This document shows, piece after piece, positions 47,621 through 60,724 of a stretch of 64,000 nucleotides of DNA. Source of the DNA: Heptranchias perlo. Lineage: Eukaryota. Each line of letters starts with the position of its first letter. Within the stretch, counting starts at the first letter, position 1. A program made the translations under genes and the position numbers. The stretch is taken from assembly GCF_035084215.1 (NCBI RefSeq), contig NC_090337.1:27528001-27592000 (forward strand). Reading direction: 5' to 3'. The notes under the pieces are model-generated. The model was not told the DNA's origin and made no database searches. It was given only the letters and a program-made list of their open reading frames with translations.

Positions 47621-49726
47621 CAGCAGAAACCCTGTTTATGCACATATACGAGGTTTCCACCACAATTTTGACAAAGTTATGGCAGTGCATCGGCAGAAAG
47701 TCCAAGGAAGTTACTCTGAAGGGAGCTTCCTGTGCCATTCATTTTGCCTACCAGAATTACATGTCACGTGCAGATCCAGCATCAACAATTTCTGCCCACA
47801 TTTCTGCTTTGTAATGGCCCAAATGCGCATATTTATAAGATGGAAATCAGGGCCACAGTGTTATGGAAAATAATTTTGAGGATTACTGTGGATTGATCAT
47901 AAACTCAAGAGTTAGGAGTTTGTCTAGAAAAAATAAGTTATACCTTATATACAGCATAACTGACAAAGAAATTACAAAGAATAACATCATGAAGTAACTT
48001 ATAATAACGACCACAAAACCTATAGTATACAAATTAAAATTGCAGTGCAATCCAAAATTATATTTGTGAAAGAATTCTATGTACGGTGACTATAGTGGCC
48101 TTGACATTATTTCACAGATATGAGTATTTGAATGTTTAACACATTTGTATGAAATTCCTTCCTCCTCTATTTATTTTAATGTAGAAAAATTTAAAACAAT
48201 ATAGACACCACAGTAGTGATGGTTGTCTGAGTGTCTTCTGGTGTGGTGAGTGATGTAGTTGTGTTCTGAAGTCTGGATAATCCAGGTTGTTCTATGAAGA
48301 GAAAAAAAATGTGGGAGCTACATTTCAATATGATAATGCAGTGGAAGTGAAGTCAATCAGGTGCCATGCCATTTTCCAACTTTTACGCTGGAAGTACGTT
48401 GATTCTTAATTTTTTCCAAATAAATGAGGTGTCCAAGGTTGCCAGCCTGTTTAATGGGACAGCTTACAAGTTTCAGGTGCAATTTTAAATGCATTTTTGG
48501 TACGCTTGCCGTTCTTTTTTTTTGGACAACTCAGCATTTGAAGGGGGCTTATATACAGGCTTTGATGCATTATTTTTTTGTTAACAAGCTATTCCTTGGG
48601 ACAATGGGTGTCCCTATGGGAATCCCTCTTTATTTATGCTATTGTATTATTGTCTCCCAGTACAAATGTGACATGGAGCTTCTGTTGAATTGAGTGTTGG
48701 AAAAAGGAGTCAATATTTCAAGCATGATTTTCAGCTTTTCCCTCGAAGGGTGCAGCAGATAAACATTTACATTGGGTCCATGCATTGTATGAAGGATGCT
48801 AGCATACATTAAACCCATACGGAGGTTCTGCGCAGCTTCTCTCAAGATGTACAGCAGATGGCTGGGATAGTGGTGTAGTCCATTGGCCTGCTGTGAGCCA
48901 ATATCTGACAGGGTTTTACATCATTACAGTGCATCCTAGAGAAAGTGGCAGCTCCAGGAACTGCTTGAAAACTTTGCTCATTCTGTGTGGGATCTAGGCA
49001 AATTAGTCAATTCAATGTGGAAGCATTGAATGAAGCACTGCAGCTCTTGGTGGACCATTTGAAGACGTCCATGTCAACCAGATTGCGAAGTATGAAGGGC
49101 AGCATCTTGGGAGTTCGAGAGGATATTTTGTTTACTCTCTCCCGGGTATTTATGTATCTTTCTGCCAGTATCAGTGAAGTAGCTGGTGTGTGTGTTGATG
49201 AGGCTGCTTTTCCTCTCAGCAGCAGCACAGAGGAGCAATCTGTAGCTCCGTACAGAAGCCTTCAACTTTAACAGGACCAGGCTGTCACGAGCCCATAACA
49301 AAAAGTCAGCCTGTTTTGTATCCACCACAGGACAGTGCTGAGAGGAGGGTCACCACTATCCCAAGAGACTAATAGTAGTTTGGAGCAACTATCTAAATCT
49401 CAAACTTCAGGCCCTCAGGTGGAGAAAAGAAAAAGTGTTAAAATGGGCAAAGAAAAAGTTGTGCGATCACATGGGATGTGCACGATGAAAAAAATGTCAT
49501 GTTTTTTGTAAATAGCTGTAATAAATCACTGGAGTTACTGATGCAATGACAGCTTGGTGTTTGATTATCTTGTAGGACAATAGGGAACAGGTACAATACT
49601 GATGTCTAGGCTCATGATTATGGTGTGATGACCAGCTACGAGCAGCAAGGATTTTACTTAGACCAGAGAGAGGTTGGTGAGAGAGGACTGCTCTTTGATG
49701 GGCTTAGACCTCAAAAAAATATTGGT

Positions 49727-50806
49727 CTATAAATCTGTCAAGGTGACTTGAATGATTTTGGCTCTCAGCTCTCTAGCAGCACAAACCACTGCACCTGCTT
49801 TATATTCTTCATGGGTGTGGGCTTTGATGTCATTGACCTCTCTGGCATCCTCCTGGACATCTACCATCAGTCCTTTCTGGACAGTAAATTTATGGAACAC
49901 ACAACATGCTACCACAATTTGCAAAATGGTTGTTGACACATACTACAGCACACTCCTGAACCTATCCAGGCACCAGAACCTACCTTTAAGCGTCCAAATG
50001 GCTTGCTCAATTCTAATTTTTGCTATACTGGGTGCTTCATTGTAGTGCCTCTCTGCAGCACTGGTTCTCCTATGAAGTAGCATCATGAGCCATGGGAGCA
50101 CCTTGTCACCTAGTAGTCATCCTGCCCCTTGTCTCTGCTGTTGATATGGAGCTGGGACTCTAAACCAGCAAAGTATTAAAGTATCATGACAGCTCCCTGC
50201 ATATGATGAATTAACGGGCAAGAAGCTGTGCCAATGGTCGTAAATGACTAACATTTAGAGTATTATATCTTTTGTGGTTGATGTAAATATAGCAGTTTAC
50301 ATTTGAGGCATGCAATGCTATATATGTGCAATCAATAGCCTTCACAAACCTGAAGAATCCGGTGATTCTAAAAACATTTATTGCCCTCTCTCTCATCTGG
50401 GACTACTGTTGAAGTGTATAAATTGAGCTGCCCTGGCAAAGATAGTATTGGTGATTTGCCTTATACCTGAATGTACACCGAATTGGCTGATCTGGCAAAT
50501 AATCCCTCTGTCTCCTTGGAATAAGCATGTAGATTAGATGTTCAGAACTGTGGTCACTTTCTCTGCCACAGACAGAGCTGTCCACTTGACGGACCTTGTT
50601 TACATATTTGGCTTCAGTAGCGAACAGAGTTCCGTGACTGAGGTAAATCTTCCTGAGGCAGAGCTGACGAGAGAGATCTTTGAATGGGTCAATACATCCT
50701 GCTCGATGGTTACCACTGAGATGGTTTGGTTCTTTTCTGGGGCTACCTGATCAACTTGGCTTTTCGTATGGACTAATAAATGAGGAATTCCCATTGGGAA
50801 GCCCAT
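49727..50806 (-). pseudogene. Decayed Harbinger DDE transposase (HARBI1-like)
   Basis: Frame-shifted motifs VTELCSLL..ALSVAEKVTTVLN, GF...VKAIDCTYIAL..YINHKRYNTLNV, IEQAIWTLKGRFWCLDR, IVVACCVFH. Confidence 0.85.
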
Positions 50807-51646
50807 TTTGCAGCCTTCAGATACTTTGGGGGGAATTTTAACCCCAAGAACCCAGAAGTAACATTTTATCCTTCAATTAAGTTGCGATCGCAGATTCCGA
50901 CCAGCCAACTTCACTTCCAGGTTTTGCGTCATCATTGGGCAGGTGAGAAGTCAGCCAGTGAGGGAGGTGTGAAGTCAGCTTTCGGGGCAGGTGAGAAGTC
51001 GATCATTGTTGGAGGTGAGAAGTCAGCCATGGTGGTTTTAGTTTCATGGCAATTCATGGGAAACATTTGAAATACTGTAAGACTGTGTGTGCAGGAGGTA
51101 ACTGTACCAGCTAAACATACTTAATACATAACATTAATATAAGGTAATGCATATCTGGTGAGGTCATTAAACTTTTGTGGCATTACAGCCATACCTGCTG
51201 AATCGTGCAGTTAGCATTAATGTATGTCAGAACCTTTTGTCAGGCACCAATCTCAACATCTGGTGACCATCGTAGAATACATCACCTCTCTCCTCTGGTG
51301 CACTCGCAGTATTAATAGGGCTCATTTTAACTATTGGCAGAGAATGGGTATGCGGTATGCCCAAGTCAGTTAGATGCCGCACCTGCTGGATGCACCTGTG
51401 CCTCAATGAGCCCATTCATCCCATAATGCAAGGTCAGCTCCTTATCATCTTAAAATAATAGGAATGTGCAGAGTTTGCAGGTGTGGGACTCTGGACACCA
51501 GCAATACATGTGGATGCTGATGCCACCATCTTTACAGAACCTTGTTGTGGAGAACGGAAAATTGGCCGTTTACGTCCCTGTGATTGGCATGACAGTAAGC
51601 TGGGTGGCCATTGTGCCAAGGTCTGGGTCAGCCAACAAAAAAATTT

Positions 51647-52232
51647 GGGGTAATTTTCATTTGCCTACCGCCTCATTTGCGCTGGAAAACAGGGTAGTAG
51701 GCAAACGAAAATTTTTAAAAAACAAGTCCTGTCCATTGGCTGTCCGAGGCCTGATGGACTCAATTTTCAAACAGGCCTTGAAATAGGTGGCCAGTGTTCC
51801 TGTCTGAAACAGACGGGAGTCTTATTTCACTATTTAGATTGGTGTCCTAGGCCCGTTGTAGGACCTCAATGCAATTTTTGTGTGCCAATGGATGGGGCAT
51901 GCGTGGCACATGCATCTCCTGTTGGTCTGTACTATGGTGCAGCCTACCAGTGGTCCTTAAAGGGACCAGTCCAAGCCACTCCAAAAATGGGCCAAAATTT
52001 TTTTCCTCTTTATTTTTGAGGGGCCAAAAGGAGCAGTAGTGCTCCTCCTGGCCCCACAGAAATACTCTGGTCCAGTTCCTGTGTGGCCCCCACCCTCCAT
52101 GACCGGTGAGCTGCTTTGGAGCGCCTGTTCGGCACTCGCAGCTCACTGACTGAATGTTAATGAGACCCAACCAGCAAGGTGGTTCCAGCGTCTTGCTGGT
52201 GCAATCAAGCACACCAAACAATAATCGCCCCC
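51647..52232. mobile_element. GC-rich Harbinger-type non-autonomous element
   Basis: ggggtaattt / ataatcgccccc ends; internal gggcc-aggagca..tgctcctcctggccc hairpin. Confidence 0.6.
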
Positions 52233-52549
52233 ATTATTTTTTTATATAGGCATTCTCTTCAGCATTTGCTGTTAACAGGCACTGTGGGAGCTGTGCATTG
52301 TTGGTCGCGTTAGGAGATGCAGAGCATATTGGGTGCATGGTAGAACTTGCGCTTCTGTGCCTGATATTACAAGGAACCGTCACCAGATGCACCAGCATGG
52401 TCATCGCATTATTGACCCTATATGTGTTTGGAGTAGGCAACATACAAAGCATAGAATAAAAAGCAAAAAAACAATAGTTTCTGGAAACATTTTCAGTATT
52501 AAGAAAAAAAATTACTAATCAGACACATATGCTCCTAGATCTGCTTTAC

Positions 52550-52630
52550 CTGTCTGCGAAATCGATCTTGTTACATAACTGGTAGTGCTGTGACACTTGC
52601 TTGCCATCATGAAAGGATCAGGCAGTGAAT
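52550..52630 (-). CDS. MCF2L2: Probable (cassette) exon of MCF2L-family gene (D-SLPDPFMMASKCHSTTSYVTRSISQT-G)
   Basis: ttcttcttgcag acceptor, AG/gtaaag donor, 81 nt symmetric phase 1->1, open in the required frame; no recognised homology. Confidence 0.55.
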
Positions 52631-54628
52631 CTGCAAGAAGAAGCAGAATATTTTTTATTATTGTAAAGCTATTGTTTATCATGAATTTGAGAATAATGAA
52701 TGAACTCCAAATTTGGCACAAAGAAACATGTCTTTTATATGATTTTGGCTCCTTCATATTATACATGCTAATTTATGTCACCTTGTTACTCATAAATAAA
52801 ACATTTCGAACAAAGAAGATAATTGTGTTAATTTCTTTTAATATTTTTTATCTCAGGTGGTATATTCTTTAGTGGTTAATCACTTTTACACAAGAATAAA
52901 AGACAACTTAAATTTCAAAAACTAGACTCTGACTTTACTACTTAAAAGTGAAATGATAACTTTTATATCTCAGGTTCCCGTACTGACTGCAGCCCAAGTT
53001 GTTTAAACAGTAGCTGCGTGTTGCCGAATATACTCCTGCAAATCAGGAGACCATTGCTATTATACTATGTTATACAAATTAATAATCTCACTTTATAATA
53101 TTTGATAAATGAAATAAGTTTAAAACTGTTGTTGGATATTACACTGCCTTAATGGGTCAGTGGTTGTGGTGACTTTTAAAGTCAAAGCCTGTTTATACTT
53201 CTGACTGGTCTACAAATCCCACAACCAGTATGATACCATAATAATAATGAGTAGAATTTATAAATTGTCTCTGGATGTATTTTTTGTGAAATAAGGGAAT
53301 TAGCTCAAAGGAACTCATGAAATCAGTTTAATTGACACAGTAAAGCTGCTAAAGTACATAATTTCTGTAGAGACATATTGAAAAAAGGGATGACAAAGGA
53401 ATGGGCTCTTGTGCCCATTAGGACAAGAGTCCTTTTAAAGTACCAAGGCCTCCCCACGTTTACACAATATAGATTGGCAGAGGTTTATTTCTCGGAGCTG
53501 TGACTAGCCATCCTTCCTGGCATTGATGGAAAATGCTGGTTGCATAGTACAAGTGACATTATCCCTATTTTAACACATAACTAATATGCTACTGTATAAA
53601 ACAGTTAGAGGCGCAAAGAATACAAACATTTGTGCTAATGTAAACACTAAAAGCATATGTGGAATTTTGTCCTCCAGTTACAACACATACAATTCCATAG
53701 CAAAGAGTCATTATTCTTGTAGACCATTACTTAAAGAAGTAAATATAATGAAATCATTCCAATTATTATACTTATCACTGATCTCTCCACTTGATTACTG
53801 CAATAATTTCTTATTCATTTCTTATTCGTTCAACAAGAGCATTCTGTGCATATTTTGATAAATATTTCTGGCTTCACTTTTAAATTTTATTTTTATTAAT
53901 TTATTTTTCCCTCCCCTCATCTCAGGTCGAGCATGATTCCCCAATCAAGAAGGAAGCATGTTCTCAGACTTTTGGCGGTATAGCTCTTAGCCAGCCACTA
54001 GAAGGAGAGCAAAAGCCATCGAAGGTGACTGACCCACCAGGTATTTTTATTGACTGAGGTATTGTAAGATTGCAGGTTTAATTTTTCTGCAACTATTAAG
54101 AGTACCTTAGACTAAAAATGAATGCAAAACATTTATAGCTTCTATTTGATTCTTCAAAATAAAACATGCAAAATAGTGTTAGTTCTATTCTTATTTTTGT
54201 AAAAGTTCTTCCTCCAGTTCTTTGACTTTAACTGCTGTTGCCATGTTTACTCCTTCAGCTGTGAGGGTGAGCTGTGAGGCTCAAACTGGCCACAGTCATC
54301 ATCAGTGCAGCCCCATAATTGTCCACAGAACATGCTCTTCTGGAGAGTGAAAATGCTTCACCCGCATTGTGTACCAGAAATTGGCACTTGAGACTTGGAT
54401 GCAAATATGGAGGTTAGCGGATTGGAGTCCAATACTTTACTGCAAGAACTTCTGAATTTGGTTTATCTATCTGACCGCATAATGCATTGTGAATCAAAAC
54501 TGTACATGAGAGACTATAAATGTTTTAAGAATTTTAAAAATGTGGTCAAACTATCTCATTTGGTTCTTCGAATTTAACTTTTCCACTGATAATGTGAAAA
54601 CATATTTGGCTGAACAAGCTATCTGAAT

Positions 54629-54685
54629 CACAATCACAAACACCTGACACACAGTCACAAACACCTGAAGCACAATCACAAACAT
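54629..54685. repeat. 21-bp minisatellite, ~2.7 copies
   Basis: caca(a/g)tcacaaacacctg unit repeated. Confidence 0.8.
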
Positions 54686-54818
54686 GCTACAGGCAACTCT
54701 TACATGGCCATGGCACACAATGAAATGAAGAGCTTCACCCGAAATAAGAACATACAAGCTCTTTTGTTCAGCAAACTACATTGCAGCATGCACTTTCCCA
54801 CATCAAATGCAGCTGTAC

Positions 54819-54893
54819 CTTCAAACCCCAGTGGAGTTGGGTCACTCTTTATTTCATATCTCTTAGCTTTAACATCTAGGCCAGAAAGTGATC
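54819..54893 (-). CDS. MCF2L2: MCF2L-family exon (G-SLSGLDVKAKRYEIKSDPTPLGFE-G)
   Basis: caacag acceptor, AG/gtacag donor, 75 nt phase 1->1; KAKRxExKSDPTPxG matches the MCF2L KAKRHEVKSDPTPFG motif (recalled). Confidence 0.85.
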
Positions 54894-55509
54894 CTGTTGC
54901 AGAGGCAGGAAAACACATTAAGAACAGCCTAAAATAATAACTCCACAATTCATTCTTTTATTATTCATTCCTTATAAGAAGTAAACCAGCACAGATTCAG
55001 TTAATATAAGTAGGAGCATTGTCTGAGTTATAACCTGGAACTAAGAAAGATAACTGATCAAAATTCAGTACATTGCGTTTGATGTTTATTCCTTAGTGGA
55101 GACGTTTTAGCTAAGACATTGGTCAGTGGTAGAGTGCTTCTTGTTTTTGGTGAATGTCTGAAAAAGCAAACACTTTAATGTCAACCACATTATTAGAAGA
55201 ATAACATCATCTGCTGTAAATAAGAATCCTCTTTTGAGTCCATGCACTGCTATGACCCATACTTGAGCTGTCACTACCTAATAGGGACATCTTGTGGGGA
55301 AAAGGTTCATAGTATCCCATCTGGAAACAATATTTTATCCCAGAATTCTGAAAACCCTCACTGATGAAAGACATAATTGTTTCTTCTTATTTTTCATTTC
55401 CAATTTTTGTTTGTTTATGTTTATTTCCACTATTACTTCCCTTAATTGATGCCTAACACATCAAATCAAATGAATTTCAAATCTCCGTCACAGCTTCTAG
55501 TGCTGCATA

Positions 55510-56132
55510 GGCCAGGAAATTGGTTACACGCCAAAAACCGGCGTAAAGAGGGCGGCCTCTGCAATGTGCGCCCAAAGATGAAGGCTCGAGGCTGTCTGGA
55601 AATTGTTCCTCGGGCATCATCTGCATAATACCGGTAAGTTGCGATGGGCGTTACAATGCAGACCATCGGTTGGGGCCCTGGAAAATCCGTCCAGCGCCAA
55701 TTTGGAGCCGGCCCGCAGCTAAGTCCTGGGATTGGTGGGGGAGGTGAGTGGGAGGTGGGTGATTGCTGGCCAGCAGTATTGCTGTGGAAGCAGGAGGAGC
55801 ATTCCTGATCCTCTTGGCTCCACAGCAAGGTAAGTAAAAAATGAAAATTACCTTCTCTTCAGTTCCCTATAGCGGTCTCTTTAACAGCCGCTGGTTAGGC
55901 CGCTGTGGACCCAGAAAAACTGAGCCAGTATGTGCCGAATTTAGCATCGGGGTCCTAAAACAGGCAGTAAGTCCCTGATTAGCATATTCAAGGAGCTTAT
56001 TGCCTGTTTTAGGTGGGCGCCCTTGGCACTTCCGGAAATGGATCAGGTGCGGGTGATTGTGCCCAGAAATTGGTCCTGCCGATTCCTATTTGTCACCCAG
56101 AGATCGGGCGTGACTGGACCTATTTCTTCCCC
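55510..56132. mobile_element. GC-rich Harbinger-type non-autonomous element
   Basis: ggccaggaaattgg / cctatttcttcccc ends; shared internal hairpin. Confidence 0.55.
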
Positions 56133-56478
56133 ATAGATTGACTGGAAGGGGTGCACGACCAAATGGGAAGAACTTTCATTTTAATTCTGTTTTTACCTCA
56201 CTTTTCCAATTTTATCCCTCGCCTTCATGTTAAGTTTTCTGTATATATTCTACTTCAATTGGAATTCAGAATAATAAACTGTTCCATTTTCAGAAGGACA
56301 CATATCTGGGTTACTGAGCCTTGCTAGTTAAAGTTTTGAGTTATGGCTAGTCAGTAACCACAGAATCACGCAAAAGTCTTGCATGTACAGAATAGGAATC
56401 AAATGCATGATGTCAACTAATGCCGCACGAGCCCAACTGTAGATGGTACATGTAAGGCTCTAACCTTTGTGGAGACTT

Positions 56479-57343
56479 GGGGCATGAATTTAGCTCGGAG
56501 CTGGAAACCCAGCGCGTGCGTAGATATTCGCGTGGGGAACCCGGAAGTCAAATGAGTGCATTGCAATCAGCGATTGCAGCTGACTTGAAGGTAAGTATTT
56601 GTGCTTCCGGGTTTCCCACATGCCAGGCAGTCGGATTGAGGCTGGCTAACTGCTGGGAGCGAAAGGAGCCGCAAATCAGAGAGGAAGGAGGGAGGATGGG
56701 AGAGATTGTAGGCCGTGGAAGAAATAGGGGGCGGGGGGTGGAAGGAGGTGGACGGTATTGGGTGGGCCGTGGAAGAAGATCGGCGGGGGGGGCACCATCG
56801 GGTGGGGGAGGTCCAGCATCGGGGGGGTGGTCGACCGAATGGGAGGGGTTGGTCTACCATCAGGGAGGCCCACCATCGGGGGGCTGCCACCATCAGGGGG
56901 GTTGGCCGATCGCAGGGGTCCTGTCAAGCCAGGTAAGCTTGTTGGGTCTGGATAAAGCACTCCTGCTCCCCCGGCTCACAAGCAATGCAATAAAGGCACT
57001 CACTTCATGGATCTGGCCCTTCTCACCTGTTTTCATGATGTGAATCAGAAGCGATTGGAAACCTGAACAGGTAAGGTTAAATTTGTTTTACATTTCTGAT
57101 GCACAAAAAATTAAGTGCCTCACCTATCGCAATGAGGTCCATTGCCCCTTTAATTATTGGCCCGTCGTCTTTAAGTGGGGAAGGGAATTCTGGGTTTCTG
57201 TTGTGCGCATGTATCCTAATGCGCCTGGGTTAAACCCGGAGGTGGACGCGTTGGAACCTGGATGTGGTTCCACTGAAGAATTCAACTTATTTTACTGCCC
57301 ACCCACCCCCAGCCTACCCGTTCTTGGGGGTTAAAATTACCCC
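56479..57343. mobile_element. GC-rich Harbinger-type non-autonomous element
   Basis: ggggcatgaattt / aaaattacccc ends; same family as 33238-33766. Confidence 0.7.
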
Positions 57344-57499
57344 TTTGATCACTGTTATATTTCTGGATGAGTCAAGCCATACTGGGAATCAAAACTACAG
57401 CACTCTTTCTTAAGCAATTTACCTCAGGGCCATGGCCAGAGTTGTACACGGTATTTTGTGTTGTGGTCTTTGTAGTTACGTTATCTATCTAGCAGCTCG

Positions 57500-58460
57500 G
57501 ATCAGAAGGAATAAAATGTTCTTTGCAGCCATGATCGGGAGTCCCGAAGGCTGTGTGGCCTGTCTGGTGCCAGGGTTAAGGACATCTCCTCATGACTGGA
57601 GAAGAACTTGGCGCAGGAGGAGGAGAATCCAGTTGTTGTGGTCCACGTCGGGAACCAATGACATAGGTAGAAGTAGGAATGAGGTTCTGCTGAGGGAGTT
57701 TGAGGAACTAGGGTCCAAATTAAAAAGCAGAACCTCAAAGGTAATAATCTCTGGATTACTACCTGAGCTGCGTGCAAATTGGCATAGGGACAAACAGATC
57801 ACAGAGTTAAAAGCACGGCTGAAAGAGTGGTGTGGGAAGCAGGGGTTTCAATTCATGTGCCACTGGCACCAGTACTGGGGAAAGAGGGAGCTGTTCCATT
57901 AGAACGGGCTCCACATAAACCGGGCTGGGACCAGTGTCCTAGCGAACCGAATAACTAGAGCGGTAGATAGGGCTTTAAACTAACAAGAATGGGGGATGGT
58001 GCAGGTAAGGGTAAATTTATAAGTCTAAAGAGAAAAGTCAAGGCTGTCGAGCAGAGTAGCGATTTGGGTAAAAACAAGCAGAGTGTATCAGGAAGGGACA
58101 GAGAGGGCATTAGTGACTAAGGTCACCTCAGGGAAAAATAGTAAAAAGTTAAAAATAAAGGCTAGAACTAGGGGTCATAGTCTGAAGATAAGGGGTTGGC
58201 CATTTAGGACCAAGATGAGAAAAAATTTCTTCACTCAGAGGGTTGTGAATCTTTGGTATTCTCTACCCCAGAGAGCCGTGGATGCTCAGTCATTGAGTAT
58301 ATTCAAGACTGAGATCGATAGATTTTTGGACACTAAGGGAATCAAGGGATAGGGCAGGAAAGTGGAGTTGAGGTAGAAGATCAGCCATGATCTTATTGAA
58401 TAGTGGAGCAGGCTCGAGGGGCCGTATGGCTACTCCTGCTCCTATTTCTTATGTTCTCAT
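57500..58460 (+). mobile_element. CR1 piece: ORF1 SGNH-esterase region joined directly to the ORF2 3' end
   Basis: GTNDIGR..VIISGLLP..HW..YWG..LF..GLH.N..G; after ~58160 RTRGHSLKIRG..FFTQRVVNLW and CR1 tail. Confidence 0.85.
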
Positions 58461-58814
58461 GTCACACCACATACCAGCTGATTTCATGTCAAACTTTGCA
58501 AGTGCACATACCACATGATCATAGAGCTGTGAGTTGAATTCAAGTGCTTAGTGCCACAAATTTCAAGTGAATATATAATTGAAATAATAACCTCCAAATT
58601 TAGTTAAAATTTAGAGCCACATTATGAGTACATTTTGTGAACATTCACTGTGCAAACGTCACAGAATAAAGTGAAATATGATACATGCAATTATATAACT
58701 GAAGAAATAAGAAATCAGCTAGCTATAAAGAAAACTACTGATAAAACAACATTTAAGCACAATTTATGCTGAGAATACAACATGAATTCAAATTAATAGC
58801 TAATTCAGATTCGA

Positions 58815-59030
58815 AACTCCATATAAAGGCTGTGCTGGGTTAGCTGATCTCAGCCAGGGGAACAGTTGGAGTGCTACAATTGGTTTCAGAGGAGAGTGAA
58901 AAACCTGCTGACATTCACTGTTTAGGCTCACACAGAAGAATGGCCACTTGGGAGATGTACCAGAAAGCTGCCAGCACCTGTGGAACCGTACACGAGCAAG
59001 AGTCAGCACTTTCAGGATAGCAGGAGAGAA
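58815..59030 (+). mobile_element. Second SINE-like family copy
   Basis: Similar to 11645-11885 (ggctcacacagaagaatggccacttggg...gctgccagcacctgtggaacc). Confidence 0.5.
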
Positions 59031-59833
59031 AAGAGAAGAAAATTGGAAAGAGTAACTAAGAATTAAGTAAATACAGAGTGAAATTTAATTAACGATGCAA
59101 CCTGAGCCATGCTGGATTAATTCCAAATGAACTCCAACATTAATCTGATTTATGCCATGGAAGCAAAAGCTTTGAATTCTTCTTTTCATTTGGAAATTGC
59201 CCCTATAATGTGATATTGGCATTCCTAATTTCAATTTGTGGAAAATATACAAAACACAAATGCAGCAATGGTGTGTAAGGGCAATACACACTTTATCAGA
59301 GGCTTTTTTTCTTTTGTCTTTATCATATGTATTTTTCATTTTTTTCTCTCCACAGTGTATCACTATGCACTGTACTCCAGTGTAAAGGATGGAACATTCT
59401 GGGCTGTGGACCTGGATAATATGACTGACAGCGTCATTCTGTCGCCAACAAACGAGAGGTCAGATTCAGTGAGACACATTATAACAATTTCCCTCTCAAC
59501 ACAAAACATCTTACTGCTAAGTGCTACTCATCCACTGTCCCAGCTATGAAACACCCAATTGTATCAGTTAGATTTGAATGGCAGGAACTAGAATATGATC
59601 CTCAAACGTCTGGTCTGGTCTAGGGGATGTCTTACCAATTGCATTATGGATTTATTAAGACAGTTTTTTCCTGTGTAAACATGACTCTAAATAAAAAAAA
59701 ATCAAGCAAGAAAGTTTGGAGTTTTCTTCTGTGATATATACAGGGCTTTAGAAGTGTAATATCTTCTGGTGTTATAACTTAATTTAGTCAAAAAACGGGA
59801 ATAGAGCAGCATGGAACGGTTATTGTAATGTAC

Positions 59834-59908
59834 CTTTACTTCGTGAAGCACTGACAGAGGAAGCTAAGGAAATGCGGCGAATTACAGTTGGCTCCTTAGA
59901 CTGTGACT
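59834..59908 (-). CDS. MCF2L2: MCF2L-family RhoGEF internal exon (E-SQSKEPTVIRRISLASSVSASRSK-G)
   Basis: ttttctgtattcccag acceptor, AG/gtacat donor, 75 nt phase 1->1; resembles the RKRFTLQ..K exon preceding KSDPTP in MCF2L isoforms. Confidence 0.7.
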
Positions 59909-60724
59909 CTGGGAATACAGAAAATCAATGCATGCCAGGGTTAGAAAAGAGGCTGGTTAGTATACTAGGAAGAGCAGCAGGAAAATAATAGTCAAGCACT
60001 GGTCAGATACAGTACATAAAACCAGAATGCTCTGCATGTACTACTTTCTACAGTTCATCTACAAAATTCATTTTTTTCTTCAAAACATTTTTCTTTTCTC
60101 CAGTTTTATACCATTATTTTTAAACCCATATTTTATGACTTCTTTCCTACCACGTGAGGTCCAATTCTTGCAGATACAAACAGGTGTTTTACTCTTCAAT
60201 ATTTTGCTTTAACTGAGGAGAATTCAGTTGAGCTGTATTTACACAGCAAAGTAATGAATAATGTTGGAATTGCTGTTTGCTAGCATTAGACACACTCCAC
60301 TGAAGGGTCAGAAACGTTTTCCATCAAATAAAGAAAACAATAGATGTGTTATTAAATATGAGGGGATGCATTATGCAGAAAATACACAAGAGAGAGCAAT
60401 GGAATAAACTGTCTGTTCCACTGTCCTCCATTGTGCAGTCTGTGCATGTGGTTATGGGTGAAGATAATGAAATAATTCTGCTCATATGTATATATATATA
60501 TATATACATCTATTTACTTTGTATTTAGTTTTATAAGAAGTAATTTAAGTATCATGCAAGCTGTTTCTCACTTCTCTCCAGAGAGAACTGAAAGCAGTCT
60601 TTTAAAAAAAAATTAAATATCACATTCATGATTTCAGTTCCAAATATTACCAGTGAATCCTGGATCTGATATAAACTCAATATAAAAAAAGCGATTTTTA
60701 TTCTATACAGCAGGCAATATAGCA

